Source of the DNA: an uncultured Planctomycetota bacterium
Lineage (GTDB): Bacteria; Planctomycetota; Planctomycetia; Isosphaerales; Isosphaeraceae
Length of the DNA: 64,000 nt
Reading direction: 5' to 3'
Assembly (NCBI GenBank): GCA_963823665.1
Contig: CAWGMQ010000010.1
Coordinates: forward strand, 320,001-384,000
In this document: piece after piece, positions 1 to 13,550 of the stretch
How positions within the stretch are numbered: position 1 is the stretch's first letter
Layout of the letters: every line of letters begins with the position of its first letter
Program-made: the position numbers and the translations under genes
The notes under the pieces: generated by a model
What the model saw: the letters and a program-made list of their open reading frames with translations, nothing else
The model's database searches: none
What the model was told of the DNA's origin: nothing

Positions 1-299
1 ATCGGATCGACGACCCGGAAATAGAGCACGGCGTTGACACGGACCGAGACGTTATCCCGGGTGATGATGTCCTGAGGCTCGATGACTCTGGTGATGGTCC
101 GCAAGTCGACGCGCATCATGCGATCGATCGGCCAGAAGACCATGATCAGACCCGGTCCCTTGGGCTCGGGAATGACCCGGCCCAGTCGGAAGACAACCCC
201 GCGCTCGTATTCGTTCAGGACGCGAATGCAGGAAAACAGGTACAGGGCGGCCAATGCGAGGACGCTCCCCAAGGCCATTGCGGTCTCGATGATCAACAT
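1..299 (-). CDS. SPFH/slipin (band 7) family membrane protein, 5' part; runs off the window edge
   Basis: Manual translation from ATG 299: MLIIETAMALGSVLALAALYLFSCIRVLNEYERGVVFRLGR...IITRDNVSVRVNAVLYFRVVDP. GGAGG RBS upstream. Not in the ORF track. Confidence 0.9.
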   Translation of the reverse strand, partial: MLIIETAMALGSVLALAALYLFSCIRVLNEYERGVVFRLGRVIPEPKGPGLIMVFWPIDRMMRVDLRTITRVIEPQDIITRDNVSVRVNAVLYFRVVDP

Positions 300-842
300 G
301 GCTGAACCTCCCAAAAATGGAATCTGATGCGCAATTGCTCGCAAGCGCCGGCCGCTTCGGCGATGTGTTGCGCCCGGGCAGAACTCGATTTGTCCATCGG
401 TTCGTTCCTCGTAAGTGTGATCGTCTTCGGTCCACGCAAAAAAAACCGGCGTGGTCGAAGACCCTGAGGTATTCGACCACGCCGGCTTACTCGTCAACGG
501 GCCCCCCGGCAAAGCCGCAGTGCCCTTTATCTAGTCGCCCGACGAAATCCGCTTATGTTTTGCTGGGATTTGCCCGCTCGCTCACGCAGGCTATCCATAT
601 CGAAGGCCATTGTCCTACCTTGGGGGTAAATAGCAAGGGAGGTTTTTGTATTTCTCACATGAAAAGCTCCAGATTGATTGGTGATTATCGATTCAGTCTC
701 GATCGTGATCGCTCGCACGCACTGGGTGCGGCCGCCGATCAACTAGGCAGACGCGCTCAAAGTCGCAGTGCGAATGTTGCGTCGGTCAACATTCCCGGTG
801 GCGATCCGGTGTCAACGTTTCCGGCCAGCAAAAGGAATAGAC

Positions 843-872
843 TTGCTTTCCTCTCGACGGAGCGCCTACCAT
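843..872 (+). promoter_or_regulatory. candidate sigma70-type promoter
   Basis: TTGCTT (843-848), 18-bp spacer, TACCAT (867-872). Confidence 0.35.
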
Positions 873-996
873 GACGAGTAATGTGCGGGAGTGAGGATGG
901 CACAGCCGCCCGTCGGCTCCCGGGAATGATTTGAATCTGTCGGATGGCTAGACGAAGGGCAGGCCCGGTACTCCGGGTGGCCCGTCGAAGAGTAAG

Positions 997-1044
997 CCGG
1001 CTTGATCGAGGACCTCAGGGTTCTCGATCAAGCCGGTTTTTTTT
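997..1044 (+). terminator. intrinsic terminator
   Basis: CCGGCTTGATCGAG ... CTCGATCAAGCCGG 14-bp perfect stem followed by T8. Confidence 0.8.
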
Positions 1045-1222
1045 CATTACCGCTGACCTGGTACGGTTGAAGGTACAAACTTCTAACGCGATCGAAGAGC
1101 TCGATTCAGAATGGAGAGTACACGCCGCTTCGTCTACAAAAACGCGGAAGGAAGCCGTCAATCGTGGAATGTGTTCCCGGGTATCCGGGAGTTGTTGTCG
1201 AATAAATACGGGAGTACTGTCG

Positions 1223-1582
1223 ATGGTGTTTTCCGACACACCGCCGTTCCAGCCCTTCGGTGAGCACCCCAGAGCGGAACAGGACGCTCGCGCCCCGGTC
1301 CATGCACAGAGCCCGGAAGACCGCCGCCTGGTGGAACGTGTGGAACGCGCACTTCATACGACCGGCCACGGGGCGCTGCGCAGCGTCGCGGTCTCCGTCA
1401 ACGCCGGGATCGTCATCCTCGTGGGTCGAGTCTCCAGTTATTACCTCAAGCAGGTCGCGCAGGCGACCGCACTGGCGGTTGCCGGATCGCACCAGATCCG
1501 CAACAGCGTGGATGTCGTCCGACCGAACTCAAGCCACCAAGCTGTTATTGTGCGCCGTTCGCTGCCAGTTCGGCAGCCATGA
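1223..1582 (+). CDS. BON domain protein
   Basis: VILVGRVSSYYLKQVAQ BON-type motif; ATG 1223 with GGAG upstream. Confidence 0.8.
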   Translation: MVFSDTPPFQPFGEHPRAEQDARAPVHAQSPEDRRLVERVERALHTTGHGALRSVAVSVNAGIVILVGRVSSYYLKQVAQATALAVAGSHQIRNSVDVVRPNSSHQAVIVRRSLPVRQP

Positions 1583-1615
1583 AGAAAAGGCCGCTGCCAT
1601 GAAGGGAAGTGCCTG

Positions 1616-3013
1616 ATGACCGCCTCCCGTTCGGACGCGCTGGTGCTCTTCGGCGTCACGGGCGATCTCGCCCACAAGATGATCTTCCCGGCACTCTATG
1701 CGATGGCGAAACGAGGCACGCTGAAGGTCCCGGTCATCGGAGTCGCCTCCCCGAAGTGGAGTTTGGCGGATCTGCGCGATCGCGTGAAGGACAGCCTGAT
1801 GCAATCGGGCGGGATCGAGAGTCAACGCACCCTGGACCACCTGATGGCCCTGCTGAGTTACGTGAGCGGAGACTATAACGATCGAGGCACGTTCACCGCG
1901 ATCAAGAAGGCGCTGGGAAGCGCTTCGCGGCCGGCGCACTATCTCGCCATCCCACCCTCGCTCTTCAAGACGGTGATCGAAGGGCTCGGTGCCGCTAACC
2001 TGGCCGAGCATGCGCGCGTCATCGTCGAAAAGCCGTTCGGACGCGACCTGGCCTCCGCGCGCGAGCTCAACCGCGTCGCGAGGTCGGTGTTCCCGGAAGA
2101 CTCGATCTTTCGCATCGATCACTTCCTCGGGAAGGAAGCGATCATGAACATCCTCTATTTCCGCTTCGCCAATTCTTTCCTGGAGCCGATCTGGAACCGC
2201 AACTACGTGGCCAGCGTCCAGGTAACCCTCTCTGAGGATTTCGGCGTCAAGGACCGCGGTTCGTTCTACGAAACCGCCGGCTGTCTGCGCGACGTGATCC
2301 AGAACCACCTCTTCCAGATCGTCGCGCTGCTTGCCATGGAGCCGCCGGCCGTCAGGGACTTCGGAGCCGTGCACAGCGAGAAAGCCAAGGTTTTCGAAGC
2401 CACACGCCCCTTGCAGCCCGACGACCTGGTGCGCGGCCAGTACGACGGCTACCGTACGGAGCCAAACGTTGCGGAGAACTCCGACGTCGAGACTTTCTGC
2501 GCGCTGCGGCTTTTTATCGACTCCTGGCGCTGGGAGGGAGTGCCCTGGTACCTGCGCTCCGGCAAATACTTGGCGGAAACGGCAACCGAGGTTCTGGTGG
2601 AGCTGAAGCCGCCGCCGCAGAGGCTTTTCGCCGACTCAGCGCCAACGACCGGTCCGGCCAACTATCTGCGATTCCGGCTTTCACCCAGTTCCGCCATTGC
2701 CCTCGCCGCTCGCGTCAAGAGCGCAGGGAAAGAGTTCGTGGGCGACCAGCGAGAACTCTACCTGCTCGAAGAACAGGCGGGAGAGGAATCGCCCTACGAA
2801 CGGCTTCTGGACGACGCCATGGCCGGCGACGGTGCGCTTTTCACCCGTGAAGTCGCCGTTGAGGCGGCCTGGTCGGTGGTCGAGCCGGTCCTTGAGAGCC
2901 ACCCCGCTGCGCTTCCCTACAAGCGCGGTAGTTGGGGGCCGAAAGAGGCTGATGTTCTGATCGCAGCCGATGGTTGCTGGCAAAACCCCATGCCTGCGGA
3001 GGTTTCCGGATGA
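1616..3013 (+). CDS. zwf: glucose-6-phosphate 1-dehydrogenase
   Basis: GVTGDLA, EKPFG, RIDHFLGKE, RDVIQNH motifs. Confidence 0.97.
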   Translation: MTASRSDALVLFGVTGDLAHKMIFPALYAMAKRGTLKVPVIGVASPKWSLADLRDRVKDSLMQSGGIESQRTLDHLMALLSYVSGDYNDRGTFTAIKKALGSASRPAHYLAIPPSLFKTVIEGLGAANLAEHARVIVEKPFGRDLASARELNRVARSVFPEDSIFRIDHFLGKEAIMNILYFRFANSFLEPIWNRNYVASVQVTLSEDFGVKDRGSFYETAGCLRDVIQNHLFQIVALLAMEPPAVRDFGAVHSEKAKVFEATRPLQPDDLVRGQYDGYRTEPNVAENSDVETFCALRLFIDSWRWEGVPWYLRSGKYLAETATEVLVELKPPPQRLFADSAPTTGPANYLRFRLSPSSAIALAARVKSAGKEFVGDQRELYLLEEQAGEESPYERLLDDAMAGDGALFTREVAVEAAWSVVEPVLESHPAALPYKRGSWGPKEADVLIAADGCWQNPMPAEVSG

Positions 3014-3090
3014 CGCAAGTTGCCCCAGTCGTATTCCTGCTCGATGTCGATAGCGCCCTTCTCGAAAGGCACAGAATTTGCACGTGTTAA
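3010..3090 (+). pseudogene. remnant 5' end of a HAD-family hydrolase
   Basis: MTQVAPVVFLLDVDSALLE resembles HAD motif I (DxD); overlaps the zwf stop (ATGA) and ends after 26 codons. Confidence 0.5.
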
Positions 3091-3240
3091 TATTTAAGTT
3101 TACTGGTCGCGAACCGGAGCAAGAGCGAGGCTGGCGAAGGGCTTGATCAGGCTAACAACAACCTGAGCCCCGGTCCGAGGATCTTTTCACCAGTGAACCA
3201 TCGGTCATTTCACTCACCTTTGACAATGAGGAACAACAGG

Positions 3241-3777
3241 ATGTCAGACAAGAATTCAGTCGTCGCGACTTTCGACTCCCACGACCGGGCCGAGAACGCC
3301 ATCCGGGAGCTTCAAGAGAGCGGCTTCGACATGAAGAAGCTGTCGATTGTCGGTAAGGATTACCACACTGAAGAGAACGTCGTCGGCTACTACAACACTG
3401 GCGACCGGATGAAGTACTGGGGCAAGCTGGGAGCCTTCTGGGGCGGCTTCTGGGGATTGCTGTTCGGCTCCGCGTTCTTCTGGGTGCCGGGCATCGGTCA
3501 GGTGCTCGTCGCGGGGCCGCTCGTCATGTGGATCGTCGGCGCGCTCGAAGGCGCGATCATGACGGGGGGACTCACCGCACTTGGAGCAGGTCTCTACAGC
3601 ATCGGCATCCCGAAGAACAGTGTCCTGCAATACGAGACCAAGGTGAAGAACGGCAAGCTCCTCCTGGTCGCCCACGGAACGGCCGACGAAGTGAAACGCG
3701 CCAAGGACCTCCTGGATCAGACGGAGGCGAATTCGTCGACCATCCATGGCGAACAACTGGCTACCGTCGGCACTTGA
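3241..3777 (+). CDS. general stress protein / DUF1269-like membrane protein
   Basis: AIRELQESGFDMKKLSIVGKDYHTEENVVGYY followed by glycine-rich hydrophobic helices. Confidence 0.8.
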   Translation: MSDKNSVVATFDSHDRAENAIRELQESGFDMKKLSIVGKDYHTEENVVGYYNTGDRMKYWGKLGAFWGGFWGLLFGSAFFWVPGIGQVLVAGPLVMWIVGALEGAIMTGGLTALGAGLYSIGIPKNSVLQYETKVKNGKLLLVAHGTADEVKRAKDLLDQTEANSSTIHGEQLATVGT

Positions 3778-3880
3778 CTCAACATGGCCCGTCTAACGAG
3801 GCTCCGGTCGCTCTCCGGCCGGAACCTTCGCCAGACGTGATGTGCATTTCTGAATCATTTGAACCGAGGATATCACGGCG

Positions 3881-4114
3881 ATGAGAGACCTCTCAATGAC
3901 CCTGCCTGAGCTCGCGCTGCTCGTCGGCACGCGGGCGGCGCTCGGCGTCGGGCTCGGCCTTCTGGTGGCGGACCGCCTGCCCGAGAGCCAACGAAAGGCC
4001 GTCGGGTGGACGCTCCTGCTGGTTGGCGCCGTCACGACCGTCCCGCTCGCGTTCGAGGTGCTCGGGAAGGTCCATGCCTCGACCCCCGTTGGTTTGCCAA
4101 CGGGTGCCGTTTGA
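3881..4114 (+). CDS. small membrane protein
   Basis: 77 aa, two hydrophobic segments, GAGG RBS. Confidence 0.7.
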   Translation: MRDLSMTLPELALLVGTRAALGVGLGLLVADRLPESQRKAVGWTLLLVGAVTTVPLAFEVLGKVHASTPVGLPTGAV

Positions 4115-4229
4115 CCGTCGGGCGGAAGAGCAATCGGCTGGCCCGCTCTTTTGATATACAGCGAACGCAGCGCGAACCGGATAAGTTATCCCGGGATGAT
4201 GACCCGAAGTTTACCGACGGGAGTTGACG

Positions 4230-4883
4230 ATGAAGACAGACGCGGAATTGCAGAAGGACGTCATGGACGAGATCAAATGGGAGCCATGCGCCACGGCAGC
4301 CCAGATCGGCGTTTCGGCCGCGGATGGGGTGGTGACGCTGAATGGCACGGTAGGAACCTACGCCCAAAAATGGGCCGTCGAGAGGGCAGCCCAGAGGGTT
4401 CAGGGCGTCAAGGGCATTGCCGAAGAGATCACGGTGAAGCTGGACGGGATTCATGCCCGGACCGATGCCGAGATCGTCGAGACGGCTCTCACTTCCCTCA
4501 AGTGGCACGTCTGGCTGCCGAATGACATCCAGGCCATCGTGTCCCAGGGATGGGTCACACTGAAAGGCCAAGTGAACTGGGAATATCAGCGCTCCGCCGC
4601 GCACGACTCAGTGTGCTTCTTGCCCGGGGTGAAGGGAGTCACGAACGAGATCAGCCTGAAGCCGAAGGCTCAGCCGACTGCCATCAAAGACGCGATCGAG
4701 AAGGCGCTCGTGCGTAGCGCCGAGGTTGACGCCGGGCATGTGAACGTCGAGACCAACGGCAGTATGGTAACGCTTTCCGGCAGTGTCGGATCCTGGAACG
4801 AGAAGAACGAGGCCGGGATGGCCGCCTGGAGCGCCCCCGGTGTCAACTCCGTACGGAACAACATCGAGATCGCTTGCGTGTGA
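4230..4883 (+). CDS. OsmY-like triple BON domain protein
   Basis: MKTDAELQKDVMDEIKWEP start and three VTLxG BON repeats. Confidence 0.9.
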   Translation: MKTDAELQKDVMDEIKWEPCATAAQIGVSAADGVVTLNGTVGTYAQKWAVERAAQRVQGVKGIAEEITVKLDGIHARTDAEIVETALTSLKWHVWLPNDIQAIVSQGWVTLKGQVNWEYQRSAAHDSVCFLPGVKGVTNEISLKPKAQPTAIKDAIEKALVRSAEVDAGHVNVETNGSMVTLSGSVGSWNEKNEAGMAAWSAPGVNSVRNNIEIACV

Positions 4884-4914
4884 CGGTCTAATCCGTCCGC
4901 TCGTGGTCAAGGGC

Positions 4915-5382
4915 ATGAAAGCGGCGCTCATCATCGCCGCGCTCGCTTTCCTCTCCCTGCTGCTCGTCCACCTGGAGTGGTGGGACACTGCTCTGAGCTG
5001 GCTCGGACACGAATCGATCCATTTGAGCTTTGGTTTTTATGTCTTCTTCTCTTCCCTGCTTTGTTTGGCTTGGTTCATCAGCGTTTTCGTCATTGACCAC
5101 CTGAGTTTCTGGAGGTTCCGGCCGGGACAGGTCACCCACGAGTATCTTGGGGGGATCGTGAATAACAGTTATGAAACCGACAACTTGACGGCCTCGTTGA
5201 ACCGGCAGGACGACTTCTTCCGCCACTGGATTATCGGCGTCGGGTCGGGTGATCTGCATATGCATACGATGGGCGGCCGCGGCGTGGAAATGTACGTGCT
5301 GAATGTCCTGTTTGTCGGCGGCAAGATGTACAAGATTCAGCGATTGATCGCCACCAAGCCCGATGTGCCCCAGCAAGCTTGA
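4915..5382 (+). CDS. hypothetical membrane protein, possibly N-terminally truncated
   Basis: Two TM segments plus a soluble C-terminus; start uncertain. Confidence 0.55.
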   Translation: MKAALIIAALAFLSLLLVHLEWWDTALSWLGHESIHLSFGFYVFFSSLLCLAWFISVFVIDHLSFWRFRPGQVTHEYLGGIVNNSYETDNLTASLNRQDDFFRHWIIGVGSGDLHMHTMGGRGVEMYVLNVLFVGGKMYKIQRLIATKPDVPQQA

Positions 5383-5519
5383 TGTGCGTGAGGCATCCGA
5401 TGCGGCCCCGGACAGAAAGCCTCGTGGATGGACCGGCCCAAGCTGCCTCCGGAGAAGCTGAACGCACTAGAGCGCGAAACATTCCAAACCGCATCGGGCC
5501 CTACAGCAAGAGAGAAAAC

Positions 5520-8493
<2,974 letters not shown>

Positions 8494-8501
<8 letters not shown>

Positions 8502-8823
8502 AGACCAAAGATCGAATATCGCCAACCAAGAGACCCGCTTCAGCCGGCAGGTCGGCGCACAGGCAGCGCGCAAGCTGAAGGCGCGGCGCGAAGCCCCAAA
8601 GAGCGTCTGGTTCGGCCTGGGTATGTCGGGGCTGGTCGGCTGGTCCGTGACGATTCCGACTCTGATCGGCGCTGCGCTCGGTATCTGGGTCGACAAGCGA
8701 TATTCGAGTCAGTATTCCTGGACGCTCATGTTGCTTCTCATGGGCTTGATCATCGGCTGCCTCAATGCTTGGCTTTGGGTCCAATCGGAATACAAGGAGA
8801 TGCAGGAGGATTCGGATGAGTGA
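8494..8823 (+). CDS. atpQ: AtpQ (AtpZ/AtpI family) N-ATPase accessory protein
   Basis: WFGLGMSGLVGWSV..GIWVD, two TM segments, operon position. Confidence 0.85.
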
Positions 8824-9142
8824 CACCCTGGCTCTTGGCCTGGCGCTCTTCGCCGGCGCCTTGCTCGGAGTGTTTTTCTTCGGCGGCCTATGGTGGACCG
8901 TCCAGAAGGGTGTGAAGTCCGAGACGCCCGCGCTCTGGTTCCTCGGCAGCTTGCTGCTGCGAACCAGTCTGGTTCTGGCTGGGTTTTATCTTGCTGCGCA
9001 AGGTCATTGGTCAAGGCTCGCGGCGAGCCTGTTTGGATTCTTGATCGCGCGCTTGATCATCGTGAAGCGGCTCACGCGAGCGCCGGCGGAAGAGCCGGCT
9101 CCATTGGAAGAGGAGACCAGCATTGCGCCTTTCTCCCGATGA
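8816..9142 (+). CDS. atpR: AtpR N-ATPase subunit
   Basis: FFGGLWWTV and SLLLR with intramembrane Arg residues; diagnostic position in N-ATPase operons. Confidence 0.85.
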   Translation: MSDTLALGLALFAGALLGVFFFGGLWWTVQKGVKSETPALWFLGSLLLRTSLVLAGFYLAAQGHWSRLAASLFGFLIARLIIVKRLTRAPAEEPAPLEEETSIAPFSR

Positions 9143-9794
9143 CCTCGTTTTCTGTCGGTACGGCTTTCTCGAGCTCAATCTCACCATCGTCACGACCTGG
9201 GTGCTCATGCTCGTGATGACTGTTGGCTCGTGGCTGATCACGCGCAAGCTCGTGACCGAAGTGCACATCTCGCGCTGGCAAGGCTTCCTTGAAATCGTAG
9301 TCACGACGATCGAGGAACAGGTCAAAGAAGTGGGACTTGAGAATCCTGCCAAGTATCTAGGTTTTCTCGGGACCCTGTTCCTGTTCGTCGCTGTGTCCAA
9401 CCTCTGTGCGATTATCCCGGGATACGATGCACCCACCGGTTCGCTCTCAACCACGTCGGCGCTGGCGATCTCGGTGTTTGTCGCGGTGCCGCTCTTCGGC
9501 ATCGAAGGGCAAGGGTTGGGCGGTTACTTGAAGTCGTACCTGAAGCCAACGTGGATCATGTTGCCGTTTAACTTGATCAGCGAGGTCTCGCGCACGTTTG
9601 CACTCGCCATGCGTCTGTTCGGCAACATCATGAGCGGGACGATGATTGTCGCCATCTTGCTCACGATCACACCTCTCTTTTTCCCGGACTTCATGTACCT
9701 GCTTGGTCTGCTCACGGGCATGGTGCAGGCTTACATTTTCGCCATTCTCGCGAGCGTTTATATCGCGGCCGCCACGCGAACCCACGCAGCATGA
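9123..9794 (+). CDS. atpB: ATPase a subunit
   Basis: LAMRLFGNI, QAYIF; TTG start. Confidence 0.95.
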   Translation: MRLSPDDLVFCRYGFLELNLTIVTTWVLMLVMTVGSWLITRKLVTEVHISRWQGFLEIVVTTIEEQVKEVGLENPAKYLGFLGTLFLFVAVSNLCAIIPGYDAPTGSLSTTSALAISVFVAVPLFGIEGQGLGGYLKSYLKPTWIMLPFNLISEVSRTFALAMRLFGNIMSGTMIVAILLTITPLFFPDFMYLLGLLTGMVQAYIFAILASVYIAAATRTHAA

Positions 9795-9824
9795 ACCAAG
9801 ACCACCAGCAACGAAAGGAAACTT

Positions 9825-10106
9825 ATGGACAGCATGACGATTATCGCGATCGTTTCGATCATTACCGCCGGAGTCACGATCGCACTGGGGAGCATCGCGC
9901 CCGCGGTTGGCGAAGGACGGGCCGTCTCGACGGCCTTGAGCTCGCTGGCTCAACAGCCCGATGCCTCTAGCACCATCACACGAACCTTGTTCGTGGGCCT
10001 GGCGATGATCGAATCCATCGCCATCTACTGCCTCGTGATCTCGATGATTCTGATTTTCGCCAATCCGTTCTGGAACCATGTCATTGAAAAAGCCACAGGA
10101 AAGTAA
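9825..10106 (+). CDS. atpE: ATPase c subunit
   Basis: AQQPDA loop, MIESIAIY carboxylate motif. Confidence 0.96.
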   Translation: MDSMTIIAIVSIITAGVTIALGSIAPAVGEGRAVSTALSSLAQQPDASSTITRTLFVGLAMIESIAIYCLVISMILIFANPFWNHVIEKATGK

Positions 10107-10109
10107 GCG

Positions 10110-11096
10110 ATGCTCATCAACTGGTTCACCGTCGGCGCCCAAGCAATCAATTTCCTCATCCTGGTGTGGTTGCTGAAGCGATTCCTCTACAAACCCATCC
10201 TCCACGCCATCGACGAGCGAGAGAAAGGAATCGCCACCCAACTCGCGGACGTCGAAGCGAAGAAGACTGAAGCCCAAAAGGACCGCGACGACTTTCAGCA
10301 CAAGAATGAGGTCTTCGACCAGGAGCGTGCGGCGCTCCTGAAAAAAGCCACGGATGATGCCAACTCCGAACGTGAGCGGCTCATCGACGAAGCAAAAAAG
10401 GATGCCGATGCCTTGCGTGCCAAGCGCCAGGAGGTGTTGCGCAACGAACAACGCAACCTCAATCAAGAGATCATCCGCTGGACCCAGAAGGAAGTCTTTG
10501 CCATCACGCGCAAGACTCTGGCGGACCTCGCCGGCACGGGCCTCGAGGACCGCATCGGCGACGTATTCGTCCAGCGCGTGCGTGGCTTGACCGGAGAGGC
10601 CAAGGAGCAATTGGCGGCCGCCTTCAGGACGTCAAACCACACGGTGAGCGTGCATAGCGCGTTCGAACTGCCGCCGGCACAAAAAAGCGCGATCGAAAAG
10701 GCGGTGAAGGAAACGTTCGCCTCGGACGCTCAGGTCCAATTCGAGACCGCGCCGGAGCTGGTCAGCGGCATTGAACTCTCCTCGGGCGGACACAAGGTGG
10801 CCTGGAGCATCGCGGATTACCTGACGACGCTGGAAAAGAGCGCCGGCGAACTTCTGCACAATGATGCCAAGCCCGAATCCAAGCCGGACGCAAAGTCCAA
10901 GCCCGAGCCAAAGGCGGAGTCCAAGCCCGAGCCAAAGGCGGAGTCCAAGCCCGCGCCAAAGGCCGAAGCCAAACCCGCGCCAAACGGTGAAGCGAAGTCC
11001 GAACCAAAGGCTGAAGCCACGCCTGAACCAAAGGTTGAAGCCAAGCCCGCGCCGAAGCTTGAACCGGTGCCATCGGCCCAAAAGGCGGACCATTGA
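10110..11096 (+). CDS. atpF: ATPase b subunit with delta-like extension and repeat tail
   Basis: [20 protein letters not shown], coiled coil, [15 protein letters not shown], then PKAESKPE repeats. Confidence 0.93.
   Translation: MLINWFTVGAQAINFLILVWLLKRFLYKPILHAIDEREKGIATQLADVEAKKTEAQKDRDDFQHKNEVFDQERAALLKKATDDANSERERLIDEAKKDADALRAKRQEVLRNEQRNLNQEIIRWTQKEVFAITRKTLADLAGTGLEDRIGDVFVQRVRGLTGEAKEQLAAAFRTSNHTVSVHSAFELPPAQKSAIEKAVKETFASDAQVQFETAPELVSGIELSSGGHKVAWSIADYLTTLEKSAGELLHNDAKPESKPDAKSKPEPKAESKPEPKAESKPAPKAEAKPAPNGEAKSEPKAEATPEPKVEAKPAPKLEPVPSAQKADH
10866..11062 (+). repeat. in-frame 24-bp tandem repeat encoding (PKAESKPE)-like units, about 8 degenerate copies
   Basis: AAGCCCGAGCCAAAGGCGGAGTCC and variants. 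Confidence 0.85.
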
Positions 11097-12652
11097 ACCG
11101 CTCGACCGAAAGCCTGCATGCCGTCTTTGACCACGCGTTCGCGGGGATAAGCCGCACGCGTGAAGCCTTCACGCCGCAACTGACGCCGCGTGAGGTGGGC
11201 ACGATCACGAGCGTCTCCGTCGGCATCGCCAAGGTCTCGGGCCTGCCGGGAGTGGGCTTCGATGAGCTGGTGAAGTTCCCCGGCGATCTGTACGGCATCG
11301 CGTTCAATGTCGATTCGGACCAGATCGGCGTCGTGCTGCTTGGAGAATGCGAGCAGCTTCACGCGGGCGATGAGGTCGAGCGCACCGGCCGCGTGATGGA
11401 CGTGCCTGTGGGCGATGGGTTGATCGGGCGCGTCATCGACCCGCTGGGCGCGCCACTCGACGGCAAAGGACCGGTCGCCTCCAGCGAGCGTTTGCCCATC
11501 GAACGGCCGGCCCCGCCCATCATGGACCGCGCCCTCGTTTCCGTGCCTCTGCAAACCGGCATCATCGTCATCGACGCGCTCATTCCCATCGGACGCGGCC
11601 AGCGCGAGTTGATCCTCGGCGACCGCCAAACCGGCAAGTCTGCCATCGCGATCGACACGATACTGAACCAGCGCGACCAGAATGTGCTGTGCGTCTATTG
11701 CGCCATCGGCCAGCGAGCATCCTCGGTCGCCAAGGTCGTCGCTAAGCTGCGCGACAACGGCGCAATGGATTACACGGTCGTCGTCGTGACCGAAGGCAAC
11801 GACCCGCCCGGGCTCGCCTACATCGCCCCCTACGCCGCTACCAGCATCGCGGAGCATTTCATGGAAGCGGGCCGCGACGTGCTCGTCGTTTACGACGATC
11901 TGACGCACCATGCCCGTGCCTACCGCGAGATATCGCTGCTCTTGCGCCGGCCGCCGGGTCGCGAAGCGTTTCCCGGCGATATCTTTTACATCCACTCGCG
12001 GCTACTGGAGCGTGCCACGCATCTTCGCGACGACCTTCACGGCGGCTCGCTCACCGCGTTGCCCATCATCGAGACCGAGGCGCAGAACATCTCCGCGTAC
12101 ATTCCGACAAATCTCATCTCCATAACGGACGGTCAGATCTACCTGTCGCCGACGTTATTCGAGCTGGGCGTTCTTCCCGCCGTCGATGTCGGCAAGTCCG
12201 TATCACGCGTCGGTGGCAAGGCGCAACGGGCGGCTTACCGGGGGGTGGCGGGCGATCTCAAGCTCGCGTACGCGCAGTTCTCTGAGCTGGAATCCTTCGC
12301 CAAGTTCGGCACCCGGCTTGATGACCACACGCGCAAGATTATCGACCATGGCCAGCGAATCCGGGCCATCCTCATACAACCGGAGCTCGAACCGGCGTCG
12401 GTCCCCGAACAAATCGTCATCCTCGTGGCGCTCACCGCCGGCGTCCTGGACAGTGTGCCGATCGACAAGATGCGTGATGTCGAGGAAGCTCTGAGAAAGG
12501 CGGCCACGGAAATCCCTGCCGAGATTCGCAAACGCTTTTCCTCTAATGACAAGTTGAGCGACGAGGACCGCAAAGCGATCCTGCAAGTCGTTGGCAAAGC
12601 CATCGCGCCCTTCCAGCCAAAACCCGATCCCGAACCCAAGAAGAAGCCATGA
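11093..12652 (+). CDS. atpA: N-type ATPase alpha subunit
   Basis: [20 protein letters not shown]. Confidence 0.97.
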   Translation: MNRSTESLHAVFDHAFAGISRTREAFTPQLTPREVGTITSVSVGIAKVSGLPGVGFDELVKFPGDLYGIAFNVDSDQIGVVLLGECEQLHAGDEVERTGRVMDVPVGDGLIGRVIDPLGAPLDGKGPVASSERLPIERPAPPIMDRALVSVPLQTGIIVIDALIPIGRGQRELILGDRQTGKSAIAIDTILNQRDQNVLCVYCAIGQRASSVAKVVAKLRDNGAMDYTVVVVTEGNDPPGLAYIAPYAATSIAEHFMEAGRDVLVVYDDLTHHARAYREISLLLRRPPGREAFPGDIFYIHSRLLERATHLRDDLHGGSLTALPIIETEAQNISAYIPTNLISITDGQIYLSPTLFELGVLPAVDVGKSVSRVGGKAQRAAYRGVAGDLKLAYAQFSELESFAKFGTRLDDHTRKIIDHGQRIRAILIQPELEPASVPEQIVILVALTAGVLDSVPIDKMRDVEEALRKAATEIPAEIRKRFSSNDKLSDEDRKAILQVVGKAIAPFQPKPDPEPKKKP

Positions 12653-13542
12653 GCGATACACTGGCGAGCCTGCGCCGCAAGATCAGCGGAGCGGGAGATC
12701 TGAAATCGGTGGTCCGCTCGATGAAGGCCCTGGCGGCCTCGAGCATCGGGCAATATGAGAAGTCGGTCCTGGCTTTGGCGGACTATGATCGCACTGTGGA
12801 ACTGGGCTTGGCCGTGTGCTTGAGGAATCGGGAGGCCGCCGCTCTGGAAGCCGGGCGCCCGGCAGGCGGTGCGACGATCGTGACCGCCATCGTCTTCGGC
12901 TCGGATCAGGGGCTCGTCGGCCAGTTCAATGATGTGCTGGCAGATTTCGTCGCGAAGGCACTCCATCCTCTACCGGGCGAAAAGAAGGTCTGGGCCGTCG
13001 GCGACCGCATCCACTCGCGGCTGGCGGATGCCGGTCTCAAGCCGGCGGGACTTTTCGCCGTTCCGACGTCCGTGAACGCCATCACGCCGCTTGTCGGCCA
13101 GATTCTCGTTGAAAGTGAAGCACATCACGACAAGGGCGAGATCGTTCAACTTTACCTGTTCCACAACCGCCCCAAGCAGGGGGCGGCCTATGAGCCCGTC
13201 GGTCAACACTTGCTGCCTCTGGATGATCAATGGGGACTCAGGCTGGCCCATCTCCCCTGGCCGACCAAGAACCTGCCCGAGGTGATCGGTGACCGTGAGC
13301 GAACGTTGCAGGCTCTGGTACGGGAATATCTCTTTGTCTCGCTCTTCAAGGCTTGCGCCGAATCGTTGGCAGCCGAAAACGCGAGTCGCCTTGCCGCCAT
13401 GCAGCGAGCGGAGAAAAACATCGACGAGCTGGTGGGAGACCTGAATCAGAGGTTTCGCCGCCTGCGCCAGACCTCCATTGATGAGGAGTTGTTCGACGTC
13501 TTATCCGGCTACGAATCATTGTCCAAAACAAAGAAGCGCTGA
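12649..13542 (+). CDS. atpG: ATPase gamma subunit
   Basis: [35 protein letters not shown]. Confidence 0.95.
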   Translation: MSDTLASLRRKISGAGDLKSVVRSMKALAASSIGQYEKSVLALADYDRTVELGLAVCLRNREAAALEAGRPAGGATIVTAIVFGSDQGLVGQFNDVLADFVAKALHPLPGEKKVWAVGDRIHSRLADAGLKPAGLFAVPTSVNAITPLVGQILVESEAHHDKGEIVQLYLFHNRPKQGAAYEPVGQHLLPLDDQWGLRLAHLPWPTKNLPEVIGDRERTLQALVREYLFVSLFKACAESLAAENASRLAAMQRAEKNIDELVGDLNQRFRRLRQTSIDEELFDVLSGYESLSKTKKR

Positions 13543-13550
13543 GGTGCACG

